Source: a virus (Duplodnaviria > Caudoviricetes). Taken from it: a stretch of DNA of 64,000 bases. The stretch is from positions 4,865 to 68,864 of the IMG/VR virus record IMGVR_UViG_3300037067_007506, one strand, 5' to 3'. Below the pieces are notes generated by a model that was not told where the DNA came from, did no database searches, and worked only from the letters and a program-made list of their open reading frames with translations. Shown in pieces: positions 20,741 to 31,020 of the stretch. Within the stretch, counting starts at the first letter, position 1, and each line of letters starts with the position of its first letter. The position numbers and the translations under genes are program-made.

Positions 20741-23700
20741 ATGAGTGTGATTATTAACAGAAATAATATTTCTTCTAAAATTTTATCTAGTGTTTCTAGA
20801 AATAGAAATAATTATAGATATGTTAAAGAAGATTTTATGGGAATTACTACTATAGGAAATTTGTTTAAAGAATATCAGTCAACAATTTTGTCAACATTGG
20901 ATGCTGCTATTACAAGAAATTATAGTAAACAAACTGAAGCTATAACTTCAAAAGTAAGTATTGATAATACTATTAAGATATCATTTACTGAAGTTAATGA
21001 TGGAGATTTTACTATTAAGTTTGATTTTTTAAAGAACGAAATTATAACAGAGGAACATTCATGTTCCGTAAGATTTTTTGTTGATGGCGAATTTTTAAAA
21101 TTAACTATTGATAGTCAATCAGATAAGTTTTTTGAATTAAATGAAATCGCTAATTTAATAGCTTCATATACTGATTCAATTTTTTCATTAGATAAGTTTA
21201 ATTTTGCAATTGACAAAACAATCAAGTTTATTTTTGATATGGTGTTTTTATATTTTATTTCATTAGAAAGATTTTCAATGCAAACTAATGATGATTTAAA
21301 TGCTCAAATGAAATATAAACAAGAAGTTATTAATTCATTTTTAACTTACTTACAAGAAGAAGTTAATAGAGAAATTTTAAGTAATGATTTATTTAAACAG
21401 TTTGTTGAGATTGAGGTTAGTAAAGAAAAATATACAATATCTGTAACTGGTTATACACCGGATAAATTAGGTTTTATTGTATTAGATTACGCTTATTCCC
21501 CAGAATCAGAAGATTTTATTTTAATTAATAATGTATCTTCTAAAGCTGCTGATGTGTTTAAAATTACAAACTTATTTTCAACCAATTTAATTGACTTTTT
21601 AAAAGCATTAAAAGATGATTTAGGTTCTATTTTTGAAGGTGCTGTTATACCTGAGAATACTGATGTATTAGTACAAGAATCAAATTTAATTATTAATTTG
21701 AAAGAAGTTAATAAAGAAAATAATATAGTAATTATTGAAATGAATGGTACCGTTTACAATTATGTTATAAAACCTGGTAAAGTTGCAGAAGATGTAGAAA
21801 AAGAAATTAAAGATTTATTAAGTAAATCACCAACTGAAGTGATCAGTTATATAGAAAATAACTTAGAACAAATTGTTAATACTACAGAACCTATAACAGA
21901 AGAAGCAGAATTAGGAACAGAAAAACCTGTTGATGGTAATGGTATAGATGATATTCAACAAAAAATTGCTAACACTGATCCTGAAGTAAAAGACCAAAAT
22001 CAACAAACAACTCAAATGGATGTAGCTAAAACGAGTCCAGAAGCAATGAAACCGCAAGAACAGACTCCTCCAACACCAGAAGTAAAATCAGAAGTAAAAT
22101 CAGAAGCTAAAACAGATAAAAACGGTAAATATCCCTTTGAAAAAGGATATATTAAAGATGACGAAGAAGATGCTGATGATGAAAAGAACGACAAAGATGA
22201 TGAAAAGAAAGATAAAAAAGAATCTAAAGAAGATGACGCTGAAGAAGATGATGATGAAAAGAACGACAAAGATGATGAAAAGAAAGATAAAAAAGAATCT
22301 AAAGAAGATGACGCTGAAGAAGATGATGATGATGAAGATGACGATGAAGAGAAAGATAAAAAAGAGCATGTTTGTTCAAACTGTTCTAAAACAATAAGAG
22401 AAGATGAACAAGGTGAAAATATTCCAATTGTAACTCCTCCAAATGTTGAAGTACCTGCAAAAAATAATATTGAATCGCCAGATACTAAAAAGGAAGGTAA
22501 AGTGAATAGAATAAAAGAATCTTTAAGACAAATAAAAGAATCAGAATTAGTTGATGGTGATAGTATAGATGATATTCAACAGAAATTAGCAAATACTGAT
22601 CCAGTTGTAAAAGATCAAAATCAGCAAACAACTCAAATGGATAGTGATCCTAAAATTGATCCAGTTATTCAAAACCAACCAACTCCTGAACTACAATCAG
22701 AAGATCTTGATGATGAATATGAAATTGAACCAGAATATGACTCTTTTTCAGGTGTAAATGATGAGACTGATATTAATGTTGTTGACAATGATAGATATTG
22801 TACAAATTGCGGATCTGAAGTTGATAATACTTTTGGATATTGTCCAAAATGTGGTTCAAAATTATCAGAATTAGATAATGATGATGATGTTGGTATAAGT
22901 TATGATGATAATCAAGATGAAATTATTGATTATAATGATGTAGATGATTTTACAGAAGATGCCTCGGGTCCACAATCAACTATGAATACTTCAACAACTC
23001 CAGCAGATTTTGATTCTTTTACACATGATGAAGTAGGTATAGTTGAACCTGAAGAATATAAAAATATTGATGTATTATCACCTGAAGAAGTTGATGAATA
23101 TAAAGATGAAATAGTTTATTTAGGTGAAGATAAAAAAGAAATATCTGAAATATTAGAAGTTATTAGAGAAGGTCGAGACTTAGATGATTTAATCAAAGTT
23201 ATATTATCTAAATATAAAGAACAAAAAAATGTTCCTAAATCACGATATTTATTTACAAACAATTTTAGAGAAGATTTAAAACTAAATAAAAATGATAAAA
23301 TTTATGAATCTAAAGGTTATAAGTTAATTTTTAATGAAAAAGAAGGTGGTGTTAGTTTATTAAGAAGCACTAATTTATTTTTTGAAGAAAATAAATATTT
23401 TGCAGAAAGTTTTTTAAACAGGAATAATGGTGATAAACAAGACACCTCAGACGTATTCGCAAAAATGAAAGCATGGGATAATATTCAAACAAAACCTGGT
23501 CAAAATAAAAATTCTGTATTTACTGCAAAACAAGAATCAGTTAATGATAATAAATTAAAGCAATCTATTAAAAAATACTTAGGGTCTAAAAATATTCAAA
23601 CAGATTTAAAAGATATTAATTTAGTTAATGAATCAGTTTTTGATAAAACTTTAAAAAACGAAAAAGCTACTTGGTTAGAAACTGTTAAAGCTAAAAACGG

Positions 23701-23761
23701 TAATGTGTTTAAGGTTGGTATTTTTGGAGATGAGTTTATTTTAGTAAATAAAATTAAGTAA
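20741..23761 (+). CDS. large acidic prohead core/scaffold-like protein
   Basis: 1006 aa between terL and portal; many (I/L/V/F)-x-E sites; internal duplications; CxxC-CxxC ribbon. Confidence 0.5.
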   Translation: MSVIINRNNISSKILSSVSRNRNNYRYVKEDFMGITTIGNLFKEYQSTILSTLDAAITRNYSKQTEAITSKVSIDNTIKISFTEVNDGDFTIKFDFLKNEIITEEHSCSVRFFVDGEFLKLTIDSQSDKFFELNEIANLIASYTDSIFSLDKFNFAIDKTIKFIFDMVFLYFISLERFSMQTNDDLNAQMKYKQEVINSFLTYLQEEVNREILSNDLFKQFVEIEVSKEKYTISVTGYTPDKLGFIVLDYAYSPESEDFILINNVSSKAADVFKITNLFSTNLIDFLKALKDDLGSIFEGAVIPENTDVLVQESNLIINLKEVNKENNIVIIEMNGTVYNYVIKPGKVAEDVEKEIKDLLSKSPTEVISYIENNLEQIVNTTEPITEEAELGTEKPVDGNGIDDIQQKIANTDPEVKDQNQQTTQMDVAKTSPEAMKPQEQTPPTPEVKSEVKSEAKTDKNGKYPFEKGYIKDDEEDADDEKNDKDDEKKDKKESKEDDAEEDDDEKNDKDDEKKDKKESKEDDAEEDDDDEDDDEEKDKKEHVCSNCSKTIREDEQGENIPIVTPPNVEVPAKNNIESPDTKKEGKVNRIKESLRQIKESELVDGDSIDDIQQKLANTDPVVKDQNQQTTQMDSDPKIDPVIQNQPTPELQSEDLDDEYEIEPEYDSFSGVNDETDINVVDNDRYCTNCGSEVDNTFGYCPKCGSKLSELDNDDDVGISYDDNQDEIIDYNDVDDFTEDASGPQSTMNTSTTPADFDSFTHDEVGIVEPEEYKNIDVLSPEEVDEYKDEIVYLGEDKKEISEILEVIREGRDLDDLIKVILSKYKEQKNVPKSRYLFTNNFREDLKLNKNDKIYESKGYKLIFNEKEGGVSLLRSTNLFFEENKYFAESFLNRNNGDKQDTSDVFAKMKAWDNIQTKPGQNKNSVFTAKQESVNDNKLKQSIKKYLGSKNIQTDLKDINLVNESVFDKTLKNEKATWLETVKAKNGNVFKVGIFGDEFILVNKIK
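22175..22324 (+). repeat. two tandem 75-bp units (DDEKNDKDDEKKDKKESKEDDAEED)
   Basis: Units start at 22175 and 22250. Confidence 0.9.
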
Positions 23762-23773
23762 TTATAAGTAGAT

Positions 23774-23802
23774 AAAAAAAGCCACTCAATGAGTGGCTTT
23801 TT
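23774..23802. terminator. bidirectional terminator
   Basis: A7-GCCACTC-AAT-GAGTGGC-T5. Confidence 0.85.
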
Positions 23803-23805
23803 GTT

Positions 23806-24102
23806 TTATAAATGTTTTCTTTTTGGAACTATAACAATATCATCTTTAAATATTATAGTTTTATCATGTAAATTATTATACTGTTTAATGTAGTTTGTAT
23901 AAGAATTACTACATTTTAACTTTTTTATATCTTCTCTAGTTTTTAATAATTTACTTTTATCTTTGTTATCAGTATGTTTTAATTTGTATACTAATTTAGT
24001 TTCTTCATGTTCTAACATTGTTAACTTGTTTAATAAAGCACGTTCTTTTTCGTTTAAGCAAATCTCAAACGATTTTAAATTAGCGTCATAATAAGATCTC
24101 AT
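23806..24102 (-). CDS. early-cassette hypothetical protein
   Basis: AGGAG RBS; promoter at 24122-24149. Confidence 0.7.
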   Translation of the reverse strand: MRSYYDANLKSFEICLNEKERALLNKLTMLEHEETKLVYKLKHTDNKDKSKLLKTREDIKKLKCSNSYTNYIKQYNNLHDKTIIFKDDIVIVPKRKHL

Positions 24103-24121
24103 ATAACACTCCTATATATTA

Positions 24122-24149
24122 ATTATAGTAGTGTTTTTTAAAATTACAA
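24122..24149 (-). promoter_or_regulatory. sigma70-type early promoter
   Basis: TTGTAA-16 nt-TATAAT. Confidence 0.75.
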
Positions 24150-24186
24150 TATAAAAACGTATAAATTTAAAAACTATAAAAAGATG

Positions 24187-24213
24187 AAAAAAGCCACTTT
24201 TAAGTGGCTTTTT
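24187..24213. terminator. bidirectional terminator
   Basis: A6-GCCACT-TTTA-AGTGGC-T5. Confidence 0.85.
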
Positions 24214-24215
24214 GT

Positions 24216-24434
24216 TTAATTTAATAAATCACTAAAATTATATCCATTAATTTTGTGTATGTTGTATTTTTTTATAATTGAATTAAATGTTCTTAAATCA
24301 ATGTCCCCAATTTCTTTTCCATTTTCATCTATTATATAATAAATAGGTCTAATACAATATGGTGTATCTCGATATCTTAATTTATAATTTTTACCTATAA
24401 TTTCTTTTAATTTAAGTTGTTTTAAAGTTTCCAT
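24216..24434 (-). CDS. early-cassette hypothetical protein
   Basis: AAGGAG RBS; promoter at 24458-24486. Confidence 0.7.
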   Translation of the reverse strand: METLKQLKLKEIIGKNYKLRYRDTPYCIRPIYYIIDENGKEIGDIDLRTFNSIIKKYNIHKINGYNFSDLLN

Positions 24435-24457
24435 ATTATCTAACTCCTTATAATATA

Positions 24458-24486
24458 ATTATAGTACATTTTGAATTAAATTACAA
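24458..24486 (-). promoter_or_regulatory. sigma70-type early promoter
   Basis: TTGTAA-17 nt-TATAAT. Confidence 0.8.
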
Positions 24487-24499
24487 GAAAAATTTATTA

Positions 24500-24511
24500 T
24501 TTTATATTTAT
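24500..24511 (+). promoter_or_regulatory. putative late promoter motif
   Basis: TTTTATATTTAT upstream of portal. Confidence 0.7.
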
Positions 24512-24542
24512 TTTGTTAGAAAAAATATGAAAGAGGTTTAAA

Positions 24543-26639
24543 TTGGCTAATAAAATACAAAGTTTTTTTAATAAAAAAATAGATGGATTTCTAAAGAAAA
24601 ATAAATTAGATTATAGTGAAATAAAAACACGAGCAGCATCTTTAGCCGTATCAAGATCTTCAGTATTTTCTTATTATGATAATTATATCAATTCAAATAA
24701 TAATGTAGTTTCAAAAATGAATGATTTTCTTCTAATGATGGAAGATCCAATCATATCTAATGCTTTGGAAATACATGTAGATGATGCTTGTCAATATTCC
24801 CCTATAACAAGAAAAAGAGTTTGGCCGTCTTTAAAAAAGAAAAATCAAAATAAAATGGTGCAAGATTTATTTGATGATCAAAATATAGATGAAGATTCAT
24901 GGGAACATTTAAATAGATTAGGTATGTTTGGAAATTGTATATTAAGATTGAGATATAAGAATCCAGATTTTTCAGGTGGTGTGGAAAACATAGAAATAGA
25001 AGAAGATATATTTAGATACATACCAATTGAATTAAATGGAATATTGGTAAAATATATTGATAAATACACTGACGAATTATTAGAACCTTTTGAAGTTGTA
25101 TTTGGTAAAATAAACATATTAGCTAGATGTACGATTATGAATAATTTCTATAACTTAAACATCCAACAAAAACAGAATCAAAAGTTTGTAATAAAAAATA
25201 CATTTAAATATGGTACTGGACTATTTGAAAATTCAAGACGTATATGGAAACAAATAAAATTATTAGAAGATAATTTAATATTAGCTAGATTAGATAGAAC
25301 ACCAACAATAAGAATATTTAAAGTTAAAACATTTGGAATGCAACAAGATGCTGCTGTTGATATGATAGATTTTTATTCTGATTTATTAGCAAAAACAAAT
25401 AGACGATTAACATTAGATGATGATGCTTTGAAAAATATGACAGGACAAATTGGATATGGTGAAAATATTATGTTACCTGTTGAAGATAAAGGGGACATAG
25501 AAGTTCAAGAGTTTGGTGGTGATACTGAAGTAAAAGGTATAGTTGATGTTGATTTATTTACAAAAAAGTTTTATGCATCTTTAAAAACCCCACTTGAATG
25601 GTTAGGACTTGATTCAGATAAGTCTTTTACGATTGGTGATGGGGGATTATTAAGAAAAGAAATTCAATATGCTAGACAGGTAAAAAAATTGCAGTTTTCA
25701 GCATTAAAAATGTATTCTGAAGTAGCCTTTTATCACTTATTAAGTTTAGGTGAAGAAATAGATTATAATGAAGTAACTATATTAATGAACATAGTTTCTA
25801 CAGCAGAAGATGAAGAATTTAAATCAGCATTAAAAAATTCTATAGAAAATGTAAACGGGTTTGTTGAATTGATAAATAATATAAAAGAATTTTTATTAAA
25901 CAATCAAGTTGAACAAGGTACACAAGATTATTTATTAGATTATTTAACTACTAGAATTTTAAATAATAATGATTTTAATTGGAAAGAATTTTTTAAAGAT
26001 ATGATGATAAATCAAAAACCTGAACAAATAGATAAACAAAATTCAGATAATGATATTGTTGATAATAGTGACGAAGAGGTTAAAGATCAAACAGAAAGTA
26101 GAAGATTGATAATTGAAGAAATAAGACAAAAAAATATACCATTAAATTTAGCATTGCATTTAGAAACAGTTAATACATTAAGTATTATACCAAAATTTGG
26201 TGCAGATAAAAATATAAAGTATATCAAAGACAGTTTACAAAAATCTGATAAAAGATATAAAGTAATATTTGAAGATGCTAATAATAAAATAAAAAAATTA
26301 CGAGTTGAAGATTTTAAGGATATAACTGAAAGAACTACCGATTTTGATATCGGGGTTTTTAATTTAAATTATGATCCAAGAAATATTAATTTTTCATTAT
26401 ATGATGTTGTCAAAACAGAAGACAGAAAAATAAATCAAGATGAATTGTTATTTACTCAAAATGTATTTAATATTAAACAAATAATGAACACTAACATTGA
26501 TAACAAAATAACATTTTTCGAGTTAAACAATAAAGTTTATTGTGACTATTTAAATGGATGTAAATATTTTAAAAATGTTTTAGAAGATAAAATAAATAAT
26601 TATCATGTTATAAGTTTAAAGTTAAAACCACAAAAATAA
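24543..26639 (+). CDS. portal protein (T4 gp20-like) with a long C-terminal extension
   Basis: ISNALEIHVDDA, LLEDNLILARLDR.P..RIFKV..G, G.EVQEF.G, D.DLF.KKFYASLK.P. Confidence 0.85.
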   Translation: MANKIQSFFNKKIDGFLKKNKLDYSEIKTRAASLAVSRSSVFSYYDNYINSNNNVVSKMNDFLLMMEDPIISNALEIHVDDACQYSPITRKRVWPSLKKKNQNKMVQDLFDDQNIDEDSWEHLNRLGMFGNCILRLRYKNPDFSGGVENIEIEEDIFRYIPIELNGILVKYIDKYTDELLEPFEVVFGKINILARCTIMNNFYNLNIQQKQNQKFVIKNTFKYGTGLFENSRRIWKQIKLLEDNLILARLDRTPTIRIFKVKTFGMQQDAAVDMIDFYSDLLAKTNRRLTLDDDALKNMTGQIGYGENIMLPVEDKGDIEVQEFGGDTEVKGIVDVDLFTKKFYASLKTPLEWLGLDSDKSFTIGDGGLLRKEIQYARQVKKLQFSALKMYSEVAFYHLLSLGEEIDYNEVTILMNIVSTAEDEEFKSALKNSIENVNGFVELINNIKEFLLNNQVEQGTQDYLLDYLTTRILNNNDFNWKEFFKDMMINQKPEQIDKQNSDNDIVDNSDEEVKDQTESRRLIIEEIRQKNIPLNLALHLETVNTLSIIPKFGADKNIKYIKDSLQKSDKRYKVIFEDANNKIKKLRVEDFKDITERTTDFDIGVFNLNYDPRNINFSLYDVVKTEDRKINQDELLFTQNVFNIKQIMNTNIDNKITFFELNNKVYCDYLNGCKYFKNVLEDKINNYHVISLKLKPQK

Positions 26640-26656
26640 CATTAAAAGGTAATTAA

Positions 26657-27814
26657 ATGATTAAAAAATTAATTGTTGAAAAAATATATGGAAGACAAGC
26701 CGTTGTTTATCACCGGACGAAGTCCGAAGATATTGCAAAAGGAATTTTAAAGACAGGTTTTAAAATTGGAACAGGAGATACGTACGGAGCTGGAGTTTAT
26801 ACTACATATGATTTAAACAGTCAGTTGAATGAAAAAATGGTTCATGCTTATGGTAATATAATCATAAAATTTGCAGTTTACATTCAAGATTTTTTAATCT
26901 TCGATTATGAAATATCACGTCAACTTTATGGAAAAAATTATAGTTTGGTTGATCAATTAAAAAAGAAGAATATTAAAATAACAGATGAAAAAATAGAAAG
27001 TTATTCAAAACAATTAGAAACTAAAAAATTTACATCAAATATAGCTTTAAATTTTTATGAAAATTTTAAAATAATTTTAAATAAGTTCAAAGGTTTAATA
27101 TTCACAGGCCGCCGGGATGGCGCTGTGTTGGTGAGTTATGATCCAAACATATTAATACCATTGTCGTTCTGTGAAACAGACACGACTGGAAGAAATATTA
27201 TAAAACCTTGGGAGAAAATTTTAAACAAAGAAACATTGAAAAGATATGTGACAGGTAGAAAAAATGTTCAGAATAAAATATTAAGTCCGTTAGAAAAACT
27301 AAAACAAATGTATGATGATATTTATTTTGATATGGGTAATGGTAATTTTAAAGTTAAAAAAGATGGTAAATTTGGTTTATATGATAAAAATTTTAAATTA
27401 GTTATTCCTGTTGAATATGATTATATAGATTTTTATAATAGTAATGGTAATTTTAAAGTTAAAAAAGATGGTAAATTTGGAATATTAGATAAAAATTTTA
27501 AACTAGTTATTCCCGTTGAATATGATTTTATAGATTTTTATAATGGTAATTTTAAAGTTCAAAAAAATAATAAATTTGGTTTATATGATAAAAATTTTAA
27601 ATTAGTTATTCCGGTTAAATACGATTTTATAGATTTTTATAATGGTAATTTTAGAGTTGAATTAAATAATAAATTTGGTTTATATGATAAAAATTTTAAA
27701 TTAGTTATTCCCGTTGAATATGATTATATAGATTTTTATAATGGTAATTTTAAAGTTGAAAAAGATGGTAAAGTTATATTGTTAGATAAAATTACATTGA
27801 AGGAAATTAAATAA
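26657..27814 (+). CDS. tagged PARP-like ADP-ribosyltransferase with four WG-type repeats (ART-1)
   Basis: MIKKLIVE tag; VVYHRT..I...GF..G..YGAGVY (His/Tyr ART motifs); C-terminal KFGxxDKNFKLVIPVEYD repeats. Confidence 0.75.
   Translation: MIKKLIVEKIYGRQAVVYHRTKSEDIAKGILKTGFKIGTGDTYGAGVYTTYDLNSQLNEKMVHAYGNIIIKFAVYIQDFLIFDYEISRQLYGKNYSLVDQLKKKNIKITDEKIESYSKQLETKKFTSNIALNFYENFKIILNKFKGLIFTGRRDGAVLVSYDPNILIPLSFCETDTTGRNIIKPWEKILNKETLKRYVTGRKNVQNKILSPLEKLKQMYDDIYFDMGNGNFKVKKDGKFGLYDKNFKLVIPVEYDYIDFYNSNGNFKVKKDGKFGILDKNFKLVIPVEYDFIDFYNGNFKVQKNNKFGLYDKNFKLVIPVKYDFIDFYNGNFRVELNNKFGLYDKNFKLVIPVEYDYIDFYNGNFKVEKDGKVILLDKITLKEIK
27347..27811 (+). repeat. WG-type coding tandem repeats, 99-105 bp units
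   Basis: Four full units plus a capping unit. Confidence 0.9.
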
Positions 27815-27822
27815 GTTTTTAA

Positions 27823-27834
27823 TTTTATATTTAT
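27823..27834 (+). promoter_or_regulatory. putative late promoter motif
   Basis: TTTTATATTTAT upstream of the protease. Confidence 0.7.
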
Positions 27835-27862
27835 AATATAAATTACGATTGGAGATTTTTCT

Positions 27863-29038
27863 ATGGAAAAAAATGTTTTGCAATATATAAAAGAACAGAG
27901 ATTAAATGAAACAGAAGCACAATATGGAAAAGTATTAAGTTATATATCAGAATCTAAAATTATTGTAGAAGAAAATACTAATGGTAATGGAGCAATATTA
28001 GGTAGAATTAAAGCTATTCTAATGGAACTAAATACTAAATCACAAAATGGAACATATTATGATGATGCTTGGTATGAAAAATCTATAGAAAATAATCAAT
28101 CTTTTCAAAGACGTTTAGCTAAGAAACTTATTTTAGGTCATTTAGATCATCCAGATAAAGCAGCAACTTCAGGATCTTTAACAGCATTTGCAGTTGTTAA
28201 AATTTGGAGAGAAGGTAATATTGTTTGGGGTGTATTAGAAATATTTAATACTAAGAATGGTAATGGTCAAGATTTATGGACATTAATAAATGCAGGTGTG
28301 GTAATAGGTTTTTCATTAAGAGGTTTAGGAACAGATTATTATGAAAACGGATGTACTAAAATAGTTGGCGATGGATTTGATTTGAAAGGTTGGGATGCAG
28401 TAGTTGATGCAAGTTTTATAAATGCTGAATTTAAAGAATTTACAGAACAAAGAAAACAAAAAATGATATTAGAACTTGAATCAAAAGTAAATGCAAAAAT
28501 GTCCGCAACCAGGTTAATATTGGAGACAATTAAAATGAATAAAGAAAAAGAAAGTAAATCTAACATTGATAGATTTGAAAATACTCAATTGAAAGATTTA
28601 ACTGAAAAACAAAAGAAAGTTATTACAGTATTAGAAGAAAAAAATAAAACTGAATCAACTTTAAAAAATAAAGTATTAGAAGAAAAAAATAGTTTAATAA
28701 CTGAAAATTTAAAATTAAGTGATAGAATTAAACAAATTGAATCAACTCAAAATAACTATAAGTTAACAATGGAATCTAAAGATAAAACTATTGTACAATT
28801 AAATAGTAAATTAAATGAAGTTGAAAATACTAAAAAATTAATTGAAGAACAAGTAAAAGAAAAAGAACTTTTAATTTCTAAATATTTAGAAGATATTGAA
28901 AACCTAAAAAAAGTTGTAAATGATAACAAAATTAACATTTCAATTAATAAATTAAGAACAGAAGATAAAAAAGAAAATAAAGTTAGACCTATAATTGGGT
29001 CATATAAATATAAAATTGTTGATCCACTAGACAAATAA
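27863..29038 (+). CDS. prohead protease (gp21-like) fused to a coiled-coil scaffold-like tail
   Basis: N.T.Y, LGHLDHP, GFSLRGLG and WDAVVDASF motifs; long coiled-coil C-terminus. Confidence 0.9.
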   Translation: MEKNVLQYIKEQRLNETEAQYGKVLSYISESKIIVEENTNGNGAILGRIKAILMELNTKSQNGTYYDDAWYEKSIENNQSFQRRLAKKLILGHLDHPDKAATSGSLTAFAVVKIWREGNIVWGVLEIFNTKNGNGQDLWTLINAGVVIGFSLRGLGTDYYENGCTKIVGDGFDLKGWDAVVDASFINAEFKEFTEQRKQKMILELESKVNAKMSATRLILETIKMNKEKESKSNIDRFENTQLKDLTEKQKKVITVLEEKNKTESTLKNKVLEEKNSLITENLKLSDRIKQIESTQNNYKLTMESKDKTIVQLNSKLNEVENTKKLIEEQVKEKELLISKYLEDIENLKKVVNDNKINISINKLRTEDKKENKVRPIIGSYKYKIVDPLDK

Positions 29039-29046
29039 TTTTCTAA

Positions 29047-29058
29047 TTTTATATTTAT
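29047..29058 (+). promoter_or_regulatory. putative late promoter motif
   Basis: TTTTATATTTAT about 320 bp upstream of the capsid gene. Confidence 0.65.
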
Positions 29059-29081
29059 TAAAACGGAAACTTATAAAGAAA

Positions 29082-29224
29082 TATTCAACACTTTTGGTAT
29101 TTTAATTTTTGTAAAGAATACGTTTAAAAACATACATAGAAACTTTAAAAATTCTATTCAACACTTTTGGTAGATAACAAAAATTTTTAAAATTTCAAAA
29201 AACCAGTATATCAACACTTTTGTA
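29082..29224 (+). repeat. TATTCAACACTTTTGGTA direct repeats in the capsid leader
   Basis: Perfect 18-mers at 29082 and 29155; degenerate copy at 29211. Confidence 0.85.
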
Positions 29225-29377
29225 TACAACAAATACTGATTAAGTTATTAAAGTAACACTTTTATTTAATGATTGAATCACATATGAAACAGATTAACTA
29301 GTCTGTTAGACTAATTTTACAATTTTGTTAAATTCAATATTTAACATACATTAGTGCATATGCACGGAGATTTTATT

Positions 29378-30877
29378 ATGGCTAATTTATATAATGAAGG
29401 TCAAGTTTATAATGCCCTTCAAAACAATATCAAAACTTATGGTTCAAGATACAGTGTGTATTTAGAATCGGCACGATCAAGCAACAAAGATATGGATATT
29501 CACAAAGAACATAATTTAGTTATGGCTCTTAAAACGTTTGAAGATGTTATGACAAACGGTTATAACAAAAACGGTGATGGTATTATGGCTTTTAGAAAAG
29601 AAGATGTACAAAAGTTCATTGACCAAAAATATATTAGAGAAGATGCTACAAGACCTGCAGATTTCGATTCTTTTATTCATTATGGTTTTGATGTAATTAC
29701 TTCTATGTTAACATCTAATCCAGTTGAAGAATTTATGACAATTCAATCAATTGATAAACAAATGGGTGAAATTTATTACATGGATTTCATCAAGTCTTCT
29801 AACAAAGGTTCACATGTAAAAGGTTCTTCATATATGTCAGCTAATAGTGGACCACATACTGGAGAAGATTATTCAAGTGAAAAAATTCCTTTGGAAGAAT
29901 GTTATAATGCAGATGGTTCAACTTTAGCATTTTCAGGTAAAAAATTAAATTGGTTACCTTTAAAAGCATCTAATGTTACTATTACATTCGTAATTGGTGG
30001 AACAACTTATTCAGTAACTGATAATGGTGCAGGACATTTCATTCATGCTAGAATTGCAAGTTCAACTTTAAATTATGTTGATGGTCAATTAGATGTTACT
30101 TTCACACAAGCTGTAGATAGTGCTACAAAAGTATTTGCAACTTATGTACAAGATTCAGCACGAGAAGATGTAAACCAAAACCCACAAATCACTGTTAAAT
30201 TAACAACCAAATACATTTATGCTTTAAGACGATATTTGTTAACAACTTGGATGATTGATTCAGCTTTGATCTTAGACAAACATTATGGTAAAAAACTTGA
30301 TGAAGAATTGTTAGAAAAAACCTTAAACGGTGTAAACAACGAAATTGCTATTCAATGTGCTAACAAAATTCACGCAGATGCAACAGCAAACAATTCTACA
30401 GCAGTTACTTTTACAGATGCAACTAATGTATATTACCCGCAAGTTTTTGGACGACAAGACAGTTTGATTAAAGTATTAGATGGTGCTGTTGAAATTGAAG
30501 CAGCTACTCAAAAAGTTACAGCTAATTTTATTATTGCTGGTAAAAAAATGAGTAAGATTTGTAGAACCTTACCACGTGATATTTTTAGTCCTGTTAAATA
30601 TGCAGACAAAACACCAACCGGAATGCGTGTGGTTGGCGTGATAGACGAACAGTATAAGGTAATACAGAATACTGAAGGTTATGCTGATAGTCAATTCTTA
30701 ATTGGAGCAAAAGGTCCAGATTGGATGACAACAGGAGCAGTATTAGCAGTATTTATTCCTTTAATGTCAACACCAATGCAGATTCATCCAAGTGGAGAAA
30801 TGACTCGGGGATTATTAACATATAATGGTGTAGAAACTGTTAATTCCGACTTTTATTGTAAAGGAACTATTGCATAA
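29378..30877 (+). CDS. major capsid protein (gp23-like)
   Basis: Follows the protease; E..TIQ.I....G.IYY; AVF.PL..TP..........RGL.T; high-expression codon bias; GGAG RBS favours ATG 29378; probable maturation site YIRE/DAT. Confidence 0.9.
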   Translation: MANLYNEGQVYNALQNNIKTYGSRYSVYLESARSSNKDMDIHKEHNLVMALKTFEDVMTNGYNKNGDGIMAFRKEDVQKFIDQKYIREDATRPADFDSFIHYGFDVITSMLTSNPVEEFMTIQSIDKQMGEIYYMDFIKSSNKGSHVKGSSYMSANSGPHTGEDYSSEKIPLEECYNADGSTLAFSGKKLNWLPLKASNVTITFVIGGTTYSVTDNGAGHFIHARIASSTLNYVDGQLDVTFTQAVDSATKVFATYVQDSAREDVNQNPQITVKLTTKYIYALRRYLLTTWMIDSALILDKHYGKKLDEELLEKTLNGVNNEIAIQCANKIHADATANNSTAVTFTDATNVYYPQVFGRQDSLIKVLDGAVEIEAATQKVTANFIIAGKKMSKICRTLPRDIFSPVKYADKTPTGMRVVGVIDEQYKVIQNTEGYADSQFLIGAKGPDWMTTGAVLAVFIPLMSTPMQIHPSGEMTRGLLTYNGVETVNSDFYCKGTIA

Positions 30878-30901
30878 TAGATCAATCAAATTTTTAAATA
30901 T

Positions 30902-30928
30902 GGCCTACTATTTTTAGTAGGCTTTTTT
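30902..30928 (+). terminator. rho-independent terminator
   Basis: GGCCTACTA-TTTT-TAGTAGGCT plus T tract. Confidence 0.85.
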
Positions 30929-31020
30929 ATTGATCAAATTATTGTAAATAATATTTAAGTTTTTAAACTTTACTATAATAATATTTTAAATACATATATA
31001 ATAAAAGAAGGATATAAATA

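Noticed and set aside
29082-29263. Possible CRISPR mini-array in the capsid leader
   Set aside because: Only two perfect 18-bp copies, irregular spacing (73, 53 and about 42 nt), repeats too short, and no cas genes; kept only as a regulatory-repeat finding
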